Positions 18,193-26,735 of a DNA stretch of 64,000 nucleotides are shown here, piece by piece. The position numbers and the translations under genes were made by a program. Source of the stretch: Candidatus Micrarchaeota archaeon (GTDB lineage: Archaea > Micrarchaeota > Micrarchaeia > Anstonellales > Bilamarchaeaceae); the NCBI GenBank assembly GCA_032123335.1, contig JAQBFN010000050.1, positions 904 to 64,903 on the forward strand. The letters are read 5' to 3'. Numbering within the stretch: position 1 is the stretch's first letter; every line of letters begins with the position of its first letter. The notes under the pieces are model-generated. The model ran no database searches. It saw only the letters and a program-made list of their open reading frames with translations, and had not been told where the DNA came from.

Positions 18193-18813
18193 ATGGAAAT
18201 GCTTAAGCAGAACTCTTCTTCAAAAGGAATCCAGGAAAGGATTGGCGGTCTTCTTGCATTCATTCCGCTCAGGCCAAACCACTGGACCGTTCTTGCGCTT
18301 ATACTTGCAGTAATGGGTGCTTTTGCAATTGCGCTTTTGCAGGACCTTACTCTTGGGCTTATCCTCTTTATTATAGGTGGCTCCCTGGACATGGTGGATG
18401 GTGCGGTTGCCCGCGCAAGAAATGAATCCACAAAGTTTGGGGGATTCCTGGATGGTGTTTCCGACCGCTTTATGGAGGCACTTTTCCTCTTTGCATTCAT
18501 GTTTTATCCTCTCCCGGAAATACTCATTGATTCCAAAATCTGGCTTGCTGCACTTGTTTTCCTGGGAACCTGCATGCCTTCATTTATCCGCGCATATTCC
18601 GAACACCACGGTGTACTCACCAAGGAAAAAGCAAAAGCAATGGGCGGGATTTTCGAGCGCTCCGAGCGTCTTATCCTGATAACTGCAGGCCTTGCTGCAG
18701 GAATCCTCTTTTCCATGGACTATTTTGTTGGCGCAATAATCCTTGCAGTTCTCCTTTCAGCACTAACGGTTCTGCAGAGAATCCTTTATGTATTGGAGTA
18801 CAGGGTTGAGTAG
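18193..18813 (+). CDS. CDP-alcohol phosphatidyltransferase
   Basis: DGAVARARNESTKFGGFLDGVSDR is an exact match to D-G-x2-A-R-x8-G-x3-D-x3-D. Multiple TM helices. Confidence 0.8.
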   Translation: MEMLKQNSSSKGIQERIGGLLAFIPLRPNHWTVLALILAVMGAFAIALLQDLTLGLILFIIGGSLDMVDGAVARARNESTKFGGFLDGVSDRFMEALFLFAFMFYPLPEILIDSKIWLAALVFLGTCMPSFIRAYSEHHGVLTKEKAKAMGGIFERSERLILITAGLAAGILFSMDYFVGAIILAVLLSALTVLQRILYVLEYRVE

Positions 18814-18817
18814 TTTT

Positions 18818-18844
18818 TAACAAAAATATTTGTAACAACCCTTA
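18818..18844 (+). promoter_or_regulatory. TATA/BRE-like promoter, copy 1 of a perfect 27-nt repeat
   Basis: TAACAAAAATATTTGTAACAACCCTTA is identical to 19143-19169. It contains the A/T box AAAATATTT preceded by AACAAA. Confidence 0.55.
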
Positions 18845-18852
18845 AATTCTAA

Positions 18853-19083
18853 TCCTGTATTCATTGTTATTGCACACTGGCAATACGGTTGCTTTGGCTT
18901 GCTCCGATTGGTTACACTGATTGGGTTGAGTTGGAATATGCATGCAGCTGATGGCTATGTGGGCCTGCCCAGCATGAATTACTAGACCTGCGACTTTTCA
19001 TGCTTTGCCTGCCCTTCCCGTCTGTTGTACGGTCATGCGTTCGTGCGCATCTCCGGCCGCGTCAAAAGTGTGTGTTTCTTTCT
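18853..19083 (+). ncRNA. structured RNA of unknown class, copy 1 (boundaries approximate)
   Basis: No credible ORF. Closing helix CACACT 18873-18878 / AGTGTG 19067-19072. Hairpin AGCATGAA/TTCATGCT (18971-19004) with loop motif GACCTGCGACT. T-rich ends at 19075-19081, then T6 at 19118-19123 and T7 at 19129-19135. Confidence 0.5.
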
Positions 19084-19142
19084 CTATTAAAGTGCAATAT
19101 AAATTTCAAAAATATTCTTTTTTGCTTCTTTTTTTCCTTCAG

Positions 19143-19169
19143 TAACAAAAATATTTGTAACAACCCTTA
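19143..19169 (+). promoter_or_regulatory. TATA/BRE-like promoter, copy 2 of a perfect 27-nt repeat
   Basis: Identical 27-mer located 325 nt downstream of copy 1. Confidence 0.55.
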
Positions 19170-19177
19170 TATTCATT

Positions 19178-19424
19178 GCATATTAACAGTAGGGATGCAC
19201 ACGGACAATTCGGGTGCCTTGGAAAAAGGTACGTTGTTGATACCTCTACCTTGTAACGGCCAGTAATATGGTGGCTGGACCTGCGACTCACCATATGACA
19301 CTCGTGCAAGGCATGTAGATCAATTGCGTGGTTATGTCTGAAGTAGACTGATGAGTTAGGTCCGTAACGGTTTGCTCTATGCATTTCCGACCGAGTCCAG
19401 AGTGTGCATAGTTATCTTTTTTTT
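19178..19424 (+). ncRNA. structured RNA of unknown class, copy 2 (boundaries approximate)
   Basis: Closing helix ATGCACAC 19195-19202 / GTGTGCAT 19402-19409, then GGAC/GTCC. Hairpins GTGCCTT-GGAAA-AAGGTAC (19214-19232) and ATATGGTG/CACCATAT (19266-19296) with loop GACCTGCGACT. T8 terminator at 19417-19424. Confidence 0.55.
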
Positions 19425-19432
19425 GAAGAGTG

Positions 19433-20131
19433 TTACGCCTTATGATGCTTCACGTTGATAGCCGCCCCCGGCTTCAGATTCTTATTCTTAAGCATCCCGA
19501 GCACCTCATCTGCAACTTCCTCCGGCTTATATTCTGCATGCCCCCCATAGAGCTCCTTCCACATCCTGGTTTGAGTTGCCCCGGGACAGACCGCATACAT
19601 CCTGATCCCCTTTCCCTCTAATTCCTGCGCAACCGCTTCAGTAAACCCTACTACTGCAAACTTTGTTCCGCAGTACACCCCAAGCCCCGGGAACCCTGTT
19701 TTCCCCGCCACAGAAGCAGTATTGATTATCACCCCTCCCCTTTTCATGTGCTTTAATGCCTCAAAAGTAGAATGCACCATCCCCCGGTAATTCACATCAA
19801 TCATCAGGTCGATTTGCTTTTTTGTATTTTTTTCCAGGTTTCCTTCGAATGCAACCCCCGCATTATTGAATAGCATATCCAGCTTCCCGAACTTCTTTAT
19901 GAATGTGGAATACATTTTCTTTATGTCCGCATCTTTTGTTAGGTCCACCACAATCGCAAGCGATTTCCTCCCCAGCTCCTTAATCTCCTTTGCAGTTTTC
20001 CCCACTTCTTTTTTGGTGCGCGCAGCAACCGCCACATCAGCCCCGTTCCTCGCGAGCATCAATGCAATCTCTTTCCCGATTCCTCTTCCTCCCCCGGTTA
20101 CGAGGGCAGTCTTATTCTCAAAAAGCGCCAT
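19433..20131 (-). CDS. short-chain dehydrogenase/reductase (SDR) family oxidoreductase
   Basis: TGGGRGIGKEIA (TGxxxGIG), NNAG, and YCGTK (YxxxK) motifs. Confidence 0.85.
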   Translation of the reverse strand: MALFENKTALVTGGGRGIGKEIALMLARNGADVAVAARTKKEVGKTAKEIKELGRKSLAIVVDLTKDADIKKMYSTFIKKFGKLDMLFNNAGVAFEGNLEKNTKKQIDLMIDVNYRGMVHSTFEALKHMKRGGVIINTASVAGKTGFPGLGVYCGTKFAVVGFTEAVAQELEGKGIRMYAVCPGATQTRMWKELYGGHAEYKPEEVADEVLGMLKNKNLKPGAAINVKHHKA

Positions 20132-20198
20132 GCACCTTTTTCAAACTCAAGCTTAAAAATCCTTTTCAGCTTCAACACTAATCCGTATTGTGTAATTT

Positions 20199-20272
20199 GC
20201 CCTTATCGTCTAGCCTGGATAGGACGCTGGCTTCCGGAGCCTGTAACCAGGGTTCGAATCCCTGTAAGGGCG
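20199..20272 (+). tRNA. tRNA-Arg (anticodon CCG)
   Basis: Acceptor GCCCTTA/TAAGGGC plus G73. D-arm GTCT...GGAC. Anticodon stem CTGGC/GCCTG (one U-U mismatch) with loop TTCCGGA. T-arm CAGGG-TTCGAAT-CCCTG. No encoded CCA. Confidence 0.9.
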
Positions 20273-20273
20273 C

Positions 20274-20885
20274 TTAAAAATCGGGAATTTCGCTCCCCAG
20301 TTTTGCCCCCTGTTTAAGAAGGAGGGCCTTACTCACCAGCTGGTCGAACATGCGCGCATTGTCCAGGGCAGTTTTCCCATTATAATCCTTAAGGTTCACA
20401 TTGGCATTGTAAGCAATAAGCATCCGCACAACACCCTCTTTTCCATGCCTGCAGGCCCGCATCAGTGCGGTTTCCCCTGAATTATTCGTTATGCTCACAT
20501 TAGCATTGGAAGTAAGCAGCAGCTCAAGTATTGCAAGGTCGCTGTTGTCTGCTGCATAGTGCAGCGCGCTCCAGCCTCCCTTGTTTTTTGCATCTGTTTT
20601 AGCGCCTGCACCAAGCAGGATGACAACTATCTTGTCATTCCCCTTTTCTACAGCAGTCATAAGGAGGGTCATTCCATAGCTGTCAGCAGAATCGAAATCC
20701 GCGCCTGCCCGGATGAGCCTCCTTACTCCCGGGACATCTTCTTTCATGATTGCTGCCCATAGGAGGACGTTGAGCTTTTCCCCGATGTTTCCAAGGGGTT
20801 CCTGCAAAGGCTCGGACAGCCGGGGGGCTGGGGGGAATTCTGCGCGCGGCATTGTCGCTCGCCCTTTGATTTCCTTCAGTGCCAT
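20274..20885 (-). CDS. ankyrin-repeat protein
   Basis: Four to five ANK repeats (GMTLLMTAVEKGNDKIVVILLGAGA, GWSALHYAADNSDLAILELLLTSNANV, GETALMRACRHGKEGVVRMLIAYNANV, GKTALDNA). Its stop abuts the tRNA-Arg 3' end. Confidence 0.8.
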   Translation of the reverse strand: MALKEIKGRATMPRAEFPPAPRLSEPLQEPLGNIGEKLNVLLWAAIMKEDVPGVRRLIRAGADFDSADSYGMTLLMTAVEKGNDKIVVILLGAGAKTDAKNKGGWSALHYAADNSDLAILELLLTSNANVSITNNSGETALMRACRHGKEGVVRMLIAYNANVNLKDYNGKTALDNARMFDQLVSKALLLKQGAKLGSEIPDF

Positions 20886-21093
20886 AAGGCATTTAATGCC
20901 TGAAACGTTTTATAAAAGTATTTTTTATGGAAGAATGTGGCGGAAACACCGGAAACCTACCCCTTCCGAATCCTTTTTAAATGCAAATTAGTGGCATTTC
21001 CAGGTGACCGGAATGACAGAATATGAAGAATACGTAATGGAATGTTTTGAAAAAGAAGCAGATGAATTCCTAAAAAAATGGGAAGAAAAAGAG

Positions 21094-21468
21094 CTAATGT
21101 AGCTCTTTTATTTTTATCATTGCCTTGTCCAGCTGCATTTTGTAGTATCCGCCCACAAGCAGGAGGAAAACACCGCCAATAATAAAGCCGGCACCCTCAA
21201 TCATAAGCACGGAATCTATGTATGCGCTCGCACCTATCACAAGGATAAGCATTCCCGCACCGGAGAATAAAGCGCTATACAGTATGGGCGGAACAAGCTC
21301 CTTCACTATGTGCGCGCTCCTCATGGTAATCTGGTCCACCTTATCGCTCGCCTTATCCAGAATCTTCTCAACGTTCGAGTCTATCCGATTGGTGGCTTCA
21401 TCCACTACCACATTCACATAACTCTTGGACATGGGGATAAGAATCCCTTTTAAAATCTCTTCAATCAT
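21094..21468 (-). CDS. hypothetical membrane protein
   Basis: ATG 7 nt after GGAGG (MIEEILKG...). Two adjacent C-terminal TM helices. Immediately downstream of 21470-21757 on the same strand. Confidence 0.5.
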   Translation of the reverse strand: MIEEILKGILIPMSKSYVNVVVDEATNRIDSNVEKILDKASDKVDQITMRSAHIVKELVPPILYSALFSGAGMLILVIGASAYIDSVLMIEGAGFIIGGVFLLLVGGYYKMQLDKAMIKIKELH

Positions 21469-21469
21469 C

Positions 21470-21757
21470 TTAATGCCTCCCTTTAAGGAGCGCCCCAAGC
21501 GCAATTCCTGCAGTAAACGCAAGAGCAGCATAGGTAAGCGGCTTATCCTTTATTTCCTTCTTCAGCTTTTGAACTTCTTCATTGTTTGCAAGAATGTGGT
21601 CTGCCTCCCTAGTAATCTTCTTAAGTTTTTCAGCAAACTCTTTCTCCTCAGCAGTAAGTTTCTTCACTATCGGAGTTTCCTCCAACGAAGCAACAATAGC
21701 CTTAACCTTATCTTTCCTAATCTTCTTCTTTTTCTTAACCGGCTTCTTCTTAGCCAT
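21470..21757 (-). CDS. small Lys-rich tail-anchored protein (95 aa)
   Basis: MAKKKPVKKKKKIRKDK..., a coiled region, and a C-terminal TM helix YAALAFTAGIALGALL. Preceded by GGTGG. The longer track ORF (to 21931) is antisense to the AI-2E gene start. Confidence 0.45.
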   Translation of the reverse strand: MAKKKPVKKKKKIRKDKVKAIVASLEETPIVKKLTAEEKEFAEKLKKITREADHILANNEEVQKLKKEIKDKPLTYAALAFTAGIALGALLKGRH

Positions 21758-21801
21758 GAATACCACCGCACCTATATTCCATCTATATTTATAAAGCTTA
21801 T

Positions 21802-22821
21802 TTGCATTCCCTTTACGTGAGTCCCGTGATAAAGGAAAAGAAGTACCTTGCACTTTTGGTTCTCGTATTGTTTGCACTGTTTTTTCTGTTTGCAGCGCTA
21901 CCGCTCCTCCTGGGAATATCCGGAGCAGCAATCCTTTACGTGCTCCTCAAGCCCATGTACATTGGCCTGGAGAAAAAGATCAACCGAAAAACAATAAGCG
22001 CGCTAATCGTGATGTTCATTTCTTTCGCAGTAATCGTTGTTCCCCTTCTCGCGGTTATGTATTTTGCAGTAACCGACCTTGCAGTGTTCTTCAGCGACCC
22101 GCAAAAAGTAACCGAGGTACTTGCAATTATAGATTTCAGCCCTGGTTCCGTAGACCTCACCAAGCTCCTGGAGGAGCACATTGAAAGCATCTCCAGCGTT
22201 GCCGCAGGGATATCGCTTCTTGCCCTGGACATCATAATAAGCATATCCGTAAACCTCGTGGTGATGTACATAATCGTATTTTTCCTCCTCACTGAAAACA
22301 AGCGGGCATCCGCAGCAATGCAATCACTAATTCCATTCAATGAAAAGAATTCCAAGCAGCTAGCATCAGAATTCTACAGCGTAATCAACGTAACCTTCAT
22401 AGGGAACGGAGCAGTCGCAATCGTAATTGGAGTCCTGATGGCCGTGGGCCTCTATTTTGCAGGTGCTGAAAACATAGTTTTCTGGGCACTTATCAGCACA
22501 ATAATGGCAATTGTCCCGATAATCGGAATCCAGGTAATCTGGATACCTGCAGGCATCTACTACATAATCATAGGGGAATACGTAACCGCTGCAGCAATCA
22601 TAATCTGGGGCGCATTCCTCAGCTATATACTGGATGGTCTGGTGCGCCAGCTTGTGCAGAGCAAAATCGGAAGCCTTCACCCCTTCACTTCCCTAATGGG
22701 CCTGATAATCGGAGTAACCTATTTCGGAGTAACAGGAATCATAATCGGGCCCCTGCTCATCTCCCTGTTTGTGCTTACTGCGCAGATGTTCAAAGAGGAA
22801 TACATCCCGGGATGGAATTGA
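21802..22821 (+). CDS. AI-2E family transporter (PerM/UPF0118)
   Basis: 339 aa, about 8 TM helices, with the typical family layout and C-terminal GxxGxxxGPL region (GVTGIIIGPLLIS). Start uncertain: TTG 21802 or GTG 21817/21826. Confidence 0.8.
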   Translation: MHSLYVSPVIKEKKYLALLVLVLFALFFLFAALPLLLGISGAAILYVLLKPMYIGLEKKINRKTISALIVMFISFAVIVVPLLAVMYFAVTDLAVFFSDPQKVTEVLAIIDFSPGSVDLTKLLEEHIESISSVAAGISLLALDIIISISVNLVVMYIIVFFLLTENKRASAAMQSLIPFNEKNSKQLASEFYSVINVTFIGNGAVAIVIGVLMAVGLYFAGAENIVFWALISTIMAIVPIIGIQVIWIPAGIYYIIIGEYVTAAAIIIWGAFLSYILDGLVRQLVQSKIGSLHPFTSLMGLIIGVTYFGVTGIIIGPLLISLFVLTAQMFKEEYIPGWN

Positions 22822-22826
22822 TTCAA

Positions 22827-23462
22827 ATGCACCGCGCATTCCTATTGGTGCTTTTGCTTCTTTTTGCAGGCTGCTGCTCCACTTCCGCACCTGAAGGTCC
22901 CCCAAAGCTCGTAGACATCCAGCCTGAGGATTTCCAGGAAATTCTTGATTATGAGCCTCCTGCAGAAGAAACGCTCCCTGAGCCTGAGCAGGAAGAATCC
23001 CCGACCTGCCCGGAAGGATTTGAGGATCTCGAAGAATATGGGTGCATTTTCGCCCCCATGAATGAGCAGGTTTCCAGCAAGGGCATGCTCCTCAATTTCA
23101 CTTTCCTTAGGGAGAAGAACTGCACCTTTAATTTCATGAACTGGACAGATTTCAAAGGCTATTTCCTCGTATTCGTAGTAGATGCAGAAAACACAGGAAC
23201 TGAAAAAGAGTACTTAACTCCATCCCATTTCATCCTATTCGATTCTGAAGGAAGAAAGCGCACCGCTTCAGAATTTGATGTTCTCTACTGCGCAAACAAG
23301 GCGGAAGTGGTGCTCCAAACAGTTCTCCTTCCCAATCAGTCCAGCTCGGGTGAAATCTGGTTCGAAGTTCTGGACCGGAACATAACCGGGCAAATGTACA
23401 TCGCATACGACCGCAATGGAGTGGATGACGAAGAACTCATTTTCCCGTTCCAGCTAGAGTAA
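22827..23462 (+). CDS. putative lipoprotein (DUF4352-like beta domain)
   Basis: MHRAFLLVLLLLFAGCCS lipobox, acidic Pro/Glu spacer, then a beta-rich domain (FVVDAENTGTEKEYLTPSHFILFDSEGR). Confidence 0.6.
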   Translation: MHRAFLLVLLLLFAGCCSTSAPEGPPKLVDIQPEDFQEILDYEPPAEETLPEPEQEESPTCPEGFEDLEEYGCIFAPMNEQVSSKGMLLNFTFLREKNCTFNFMNWTDFKGYFLVFVVDAENTGTEKEYLTPSHFILFDSEGRKRTASEFDVLYCANKAEVVLQTVLLPNQSSSGEIWFEVLDRNITGQMYIAYDRNGVDDEELIFPFQLE

Positions 23463-23492
23463 TCTTAAATAAGTTCCACATGAATTCCCTGC

Positions 23493-24098
23493 ATGAAGAA
23501 TCTGTTGCTAATTTCACTTGGCCTGCTTTTGGTGCTTTCTTTCGGATGCACCCAGGAAACGGAAACCCGCTATTACGTATGCCCGGACGGGAGGGAAGTG
23601 CTCACAATAGATGAGTGTGTAGTGGAGGATGAAACCTCTGGGGAAGAGCCTTCTGAAGCTACAATAACCGATGTTGATGAAGAGGCCGCCCCCCCAGAAA
23701 CGCCTCCTGCTGAAATTGCCCCAGAGGCAGCACCCGAAGAATTTCCAGAGGATGCCCCTGAATATTATGGACTAATGCCTGCAGAGTATATGAATATTGA
23801 TGCAGTGGGTGCAGCAGAGCTTATCGAAATGAACCCCCAAATAATTATCGTAGATGTTTCCCCTGCATATGCACAGGGCCACATTCCTGGCGCAGTTCAC
23901 TATCCGATTGGGGACGGCTCCTTTGATGCAGCTTACTCTGAGTGGAATCCCCATGAATTCTACCTGATCTACTGCCATGCGGACAGTCCTTCAATCCAGG
24001 CAGCCCAAACTCTCGCTGATGTGGGTTTCACAGAAGTTTACAGGCTTGAAGGAAACTACCAGGCCTGGGTAAACGCAGGATTTGAAATAGAAAAATAG
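23493..24098 (+). CDS. lipoprotein with C-terminal rhodanese-like domain
   Basis: LLLVLSFGCTQ lipobox and an acidic PE-rich spacer. Rhodanese pattern IIIVDVSPAYAQGHIPGAVHYP...YLIYCHADSPS...GNYQAW. Confidence 0.7.
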   Translation: MKNLLLISLGLLLVLSFGCTQETETRYYVCPDGREVLTIDECVVEDETSGEEPSEATITDVDEEAAPPETPPAEIAPEAAPEEFPEDAPEYYGLMPAEYMNIDAVGAAELIEMNPQIIIVDVSPAYAQGHIPGAVHYPIGDGSFDAAYSEWNPHEFYLIYCHADSPSIQAAQTLADVGFTEVYRLEGNYQAWVNAGFEIEK

Positions 24099-24103
24099 CC
24101 CAA

Positions 24104-24505
24104 CTATTTTTCTTTCTTTTTTAATTTTAAGGAAGCAGAATTTATGCAGTACCTTTTTCCAGTGGGTTTCGGCCCATCCTCAAACAAGTGCCCCAGGTGC
24201 CCTCCGCATCTAGCGCAAACAACCTCAACCCTTTTCATTCCCAAAGTTTTATCCTCATTAAGCTCCACATTCCCCTTGGAAACAACCTCCCAGAAGCTTG
24301 GCCATCCGCTTCCGGAATCAAATTTAGTTTCAGATGAAAACAATTCGTTCCCGCAAGCCCCGCACACATATACTCCATTTTCCTTATTGTGCAGAAGCTT
24401 CCCGGTAAATGGAACCTCAGTTCCCTTTTCCCTAAGCACCTTATACTGCTCAGGGGTAAGCTCCTTTTTCCATTCCTCCAAGGATTTCTTTACCTTCTTC
24501 AACAT
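24104..24505 (-). CDS. msrB: peptide-methionine (R)-S-oxide reductase
   Basis: CGACGNELF...GWPSFW...[21 protein letters not shown] (SelR domain with both CxxC pairs). Confidence 0.9.
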   Translation of the reverse strand: MLKKVKKSLEEWKKELTPEQYKVLREKGTEVPFTGKLLHNKENGVYVCGACGNELFSSETKFDSGSGWPSFWEVVSKGNVELNEDKTLGMKRVEVVCARCGGHLGHLFEDGPKPTGKRYCINSASLKLKKKEK

Positions 24506-25749
24506 TATCTCCTTCGATTTTTCTTCGCAGGCCCATAATTCCTTCTTCCCGTCTTCTCATGGGCACGCGGCCTTTTCCTCCTGTCCTGGCTTGAGGTGCC
24601 AGGCCTCGGCCCCCTTCTTTCCCCCCGTGGAGGCCCCCGCCGTATATCGCCCCCTCCTTTCATCCATGCAAAGTCCGGGTGGTCATCTTTGCTCCTATCC
24701 TTGTCTTCTTCATCCCTGGACTCAATAAACGTAACTGCTCTCCCCTCCTTGCCCATCCTGCCGGTCCTTCCAACACGGTGGATGTGCGTATCCGCATCCT
24801 GGGCCTCATCATAATTTACAATAAGCTCAATGTCCTCTACGTGTATTCCGCGCGCAGCAACATCTGATGCAACCAGTATATGGGTTTTCCCCGCTTTGAA
24901 TGAAGCCATTACGCGCTCCCTGCGCGCCTGGCTTATGTCCCCATGTGTCCCTTCTGCTTTGTACCCATCTTCCCTCAGCCTCTCATACAGGTAATCCACG
25001 CCCCTCTTAGTAGCCATGAATATGAGCACTTTTTTGTACTCTCCCTGCCCAAGTATCCTTTTCAGGTTCGAATACTTCTTCCTCCTGGATACCTGTATAA
25101 AATCCTCCTTGATCTGCTGCACCCTTTCCTTTTCCCCGAGCTCCAGGGTTTCCGCAGGTCCCCTTATGTAGTGCGATGCAAGATCCAGAATAAGCTCATC
25201 CAAAGTTGCGGAAAAGAGCAGCACAATCCTCTGCTCAGGAATATGCCTCATAATCTTGTCCATCTCATCTTTGAACCCCATATCCAGCATTTCGTCCGCT
25301 TCATCCAGCACAACTATGTTGTATTCACGCAGGTTCACGGTTCCTCGCTCTGAATGGTCCACAAGCCTTCCCGGAGTCGCAATAAGTATGTCCACTCCCT
25401 TTTGGAGCGCACGCATCTGGATATCTATTTTCTGCCCTCCATACACAACCACAATCTTGTGGTGGTGCTCCTTTGCAATCCCCTTCAGCTCCTCCGCAAT
25501 CTGCACTGCAAGCTCACGCGTGGGCGCAAGCACCAGCGCTTTCTTGTCGCGCTCCGCATCCAGCAGCTCAATAAGCCCAATCCCGAATGCAGCGGTTTTC
25601 CCTGTTCCGGTCTGGCTCCTTACAATGAGGTTCTCTCCCTGCAGTATAAGTGGAATCACTTTTTCCTGCACTTCCGTTGGCTTGTAGTACCCAAGCTCTT
25701 CCAGCGCCATTACCGTTTTATCTGTAAGCGCCATTTTTCTAAATCCCAT
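24505..25749 (-). CDS. DEAD-box ATP-dependent RNA helicase
   Basis: PTEVQ (Q), SQTGTGKT (I), PTRELA (Ia), TPGR (Ib), DEAD (II), SAT (III), HRVGRTGR (VI). Arg-rich C-terminal tail. Confidence 0.9.
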   Translation of the reverse strand: MGFRKMALTDKTVMALEELGYYKPTEVQEKVIPLILQGENLIVRSQTGTGKTAAFGIGLIELLDAERDKKALVLAPTRELAVQIAEELKGIAKEHHHKIVVVYGGQKIDIQMRALQKGVDILIATPGRLVDHSERGTVNLREYNIVVLDEADEMLDMGFKDEMDKIMRHIPEQRIVLLFSATLDELILDLASHYIRGPAETLELGEKERVQQIKEDFIQVSRRKKYSNLKRILGQGEYKKVLIFMATKRGVDYLYERLREDGYKAEGTHGDISQARRERVMASFKAGKTHILVASDVAARGIHVEDIELIVNYDEAQDADTHIHRVGRTGRMGKEGRAVTFIESRDEEDKDRSKDDHPDFAWMKGGGDIRRGPPRGERRGPRPGTSSQDRRKRPRAHEKTGRRNYGPAKKNRRR

Positions 25750-25826
25750 TTTATCACGTAATTATCAGAATTATAGATAATCTATGCATCCTATGTTCAA
25801 TTAAATGTTCCCTTGATATAAAAAGC

Positions 25827-26735
25827 ATGCGGTTTCTGCTTTTCTTATTCGCGGTTCTCCTTTTTTCCGGTTGCTGCACCCTTATCCCTGCAGAAGAAAT
25901 CCCTGAAGAAGCCCCTGCGCTGGAAGAGCCTGGGCAAACCCCCCCGGAGGCGCCCCCCGCCCCAACCCCAGAAGAGCCTGAAGAAGAACTTTCTGGGCAA
26001 GAGCCCCTTCCAGAGCCAATATGCGGTGACGGAATTCTCTCCAATGGGGAAGAATGCGACCCCGGAAGCAATGAAACACTTTGCTCAGGCTGCTTTGAAT
26101 GCATTGATTGCGAATGCATCAAAACCTTCACAGATTCTGACCACGACTGCATTCCGGATGAATCCGATAATTGCCTCAATCTCTACAACCCTTCCCAATC
26201 CGACCAGGACGAAGATGGGGAAGGGGACGAATGCGATGAGTGCTCCCAGGACCCCCAAAACGATGCGGACAGGGATGGGGTGTGCGCCAATGAAGACAAC
26301 TGCCCTGAAACAAAAAACCGGGACCAAATAGATTCAGATGAAGATGGATTAGGGGATGAATGCGACCCCTGCCCCAACGATCCAGAAGATGATGCAGATG
26401 AGGATGGAGTATGTGGGGATGAAGACAACTGCCCTTCCACCCCAAACCCCAAGCAGGAAGACCACGATTTGGATGGAAAAGGGGACGAGTGCGATTCCAC
26501 CCCCGTAGATTGCAGCAAATATTGTTCCTCAATCGGACACAACCACCATCTCGGAGAGGGCCTGGATGAGGATGAATGCTATGATGGGGTAGTAGAATAT
26601 ATCGAAGACCATCCCCTGGACCCGGAGCCCTGCGAAATAGTAATTGCTGCTTACCACTACAAACTAATAGAAATAAACGGAGACGAATACAGTTGCTGCT
26701 GCCTCCGCTACAAGCTTGACGACCTTAACTGTTAA
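25827..26735 (+). CDS. lipoprotein with CGDG-GEECD Cys-rich module and thrombospondin type-3 (Ca-binding) repeats
   Basis: AVLLFSGCC lipobox and PE-rich spacer. ICGDGILSNGEECDPG module. Repeated DxDxDGxxDxxDNC units (DSDHDCIPDESDNC, DQDEDGEGDECDEC, DADRDGVCANEDNC, DSDEDGLGDECDPC, DADEDGVCGDEDNC, DHDLDGKGDECD). Confidence 0.75.
   Translation: MRFLLFLFAVLLFSGCCTLIPAEEIPEEAPALEEPGQTPPEAPPAPTPEEPEEELSGQEPLPEPICGDGILSNGEECDPGSNETLCSGCFECIDCECIKTFTDSDHDCIPDESDNCLNLYNPSQSDQDEDGEGDECDECSQDPQNDADRDGVCANEDNCPETKNRDQIDSDEDGLGDECDPCPNDPEDDADEDGVCGDEDNCPSTPNPKQEDHDLDGKGDECDSTPVDCSKYCSSIGHNHHLGEGLDEDECYDGVVEYIEDHPLDPEPCEIVIAAYHYKLIEINGDEYSCCCLRYKLDDLNC

Noticed and set aside
19348-19355. CTGATGAG inside ncRNA copy 2 (hammerhead core or C-box-like)
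   Set aside because: There is no matching GAAA core strand or three-helix junction, and no D box (CUGA) at the distance expected for a C/D sRNA. Copy 1 lacks the motif.
19353-19378. GAGTTAGGTCC-GTAA-CGGTTTGCTC, shaped like SRP RNA helix 8 (AGGUC...GNRA...)
   Set aside because: The 3' strand has UUUG where SRP RNAs carry the invariant AGCA/GGA SRP54-binding loop. The tetraloop closing pair is irregular. The total length and 5' domain do not fit an Alu/S-domain layout. It is kept only as something for cmscan to test.
20199-20885. tRNA-Arg flanked by an ankyrin gene as a possible integration hotspot or genomic island
   Set aside because: No integrase, no recognisable direct repeat of the tRNA 3' end, and no phage- or plasmid-like genes nearby.
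21013-21102. 29-aa acidic ORF (MTEYEEYVMECFEKEADEFLKKWEEKELM) after AGGTGA
   Set aside because: It is too short and featureless to support as a gene, and it overlaps the stop of the convergent membrane-protein gene. Noted only as a possible micro-ORF.
24144-24728. 194-aa plus-strand ORF spanning msrB and the helicase 3' end
   Set aside because: It is antisense to two genes with unambiguous catalytic motifs. Its product is Ser/Pro/Phe-rich with no motif.
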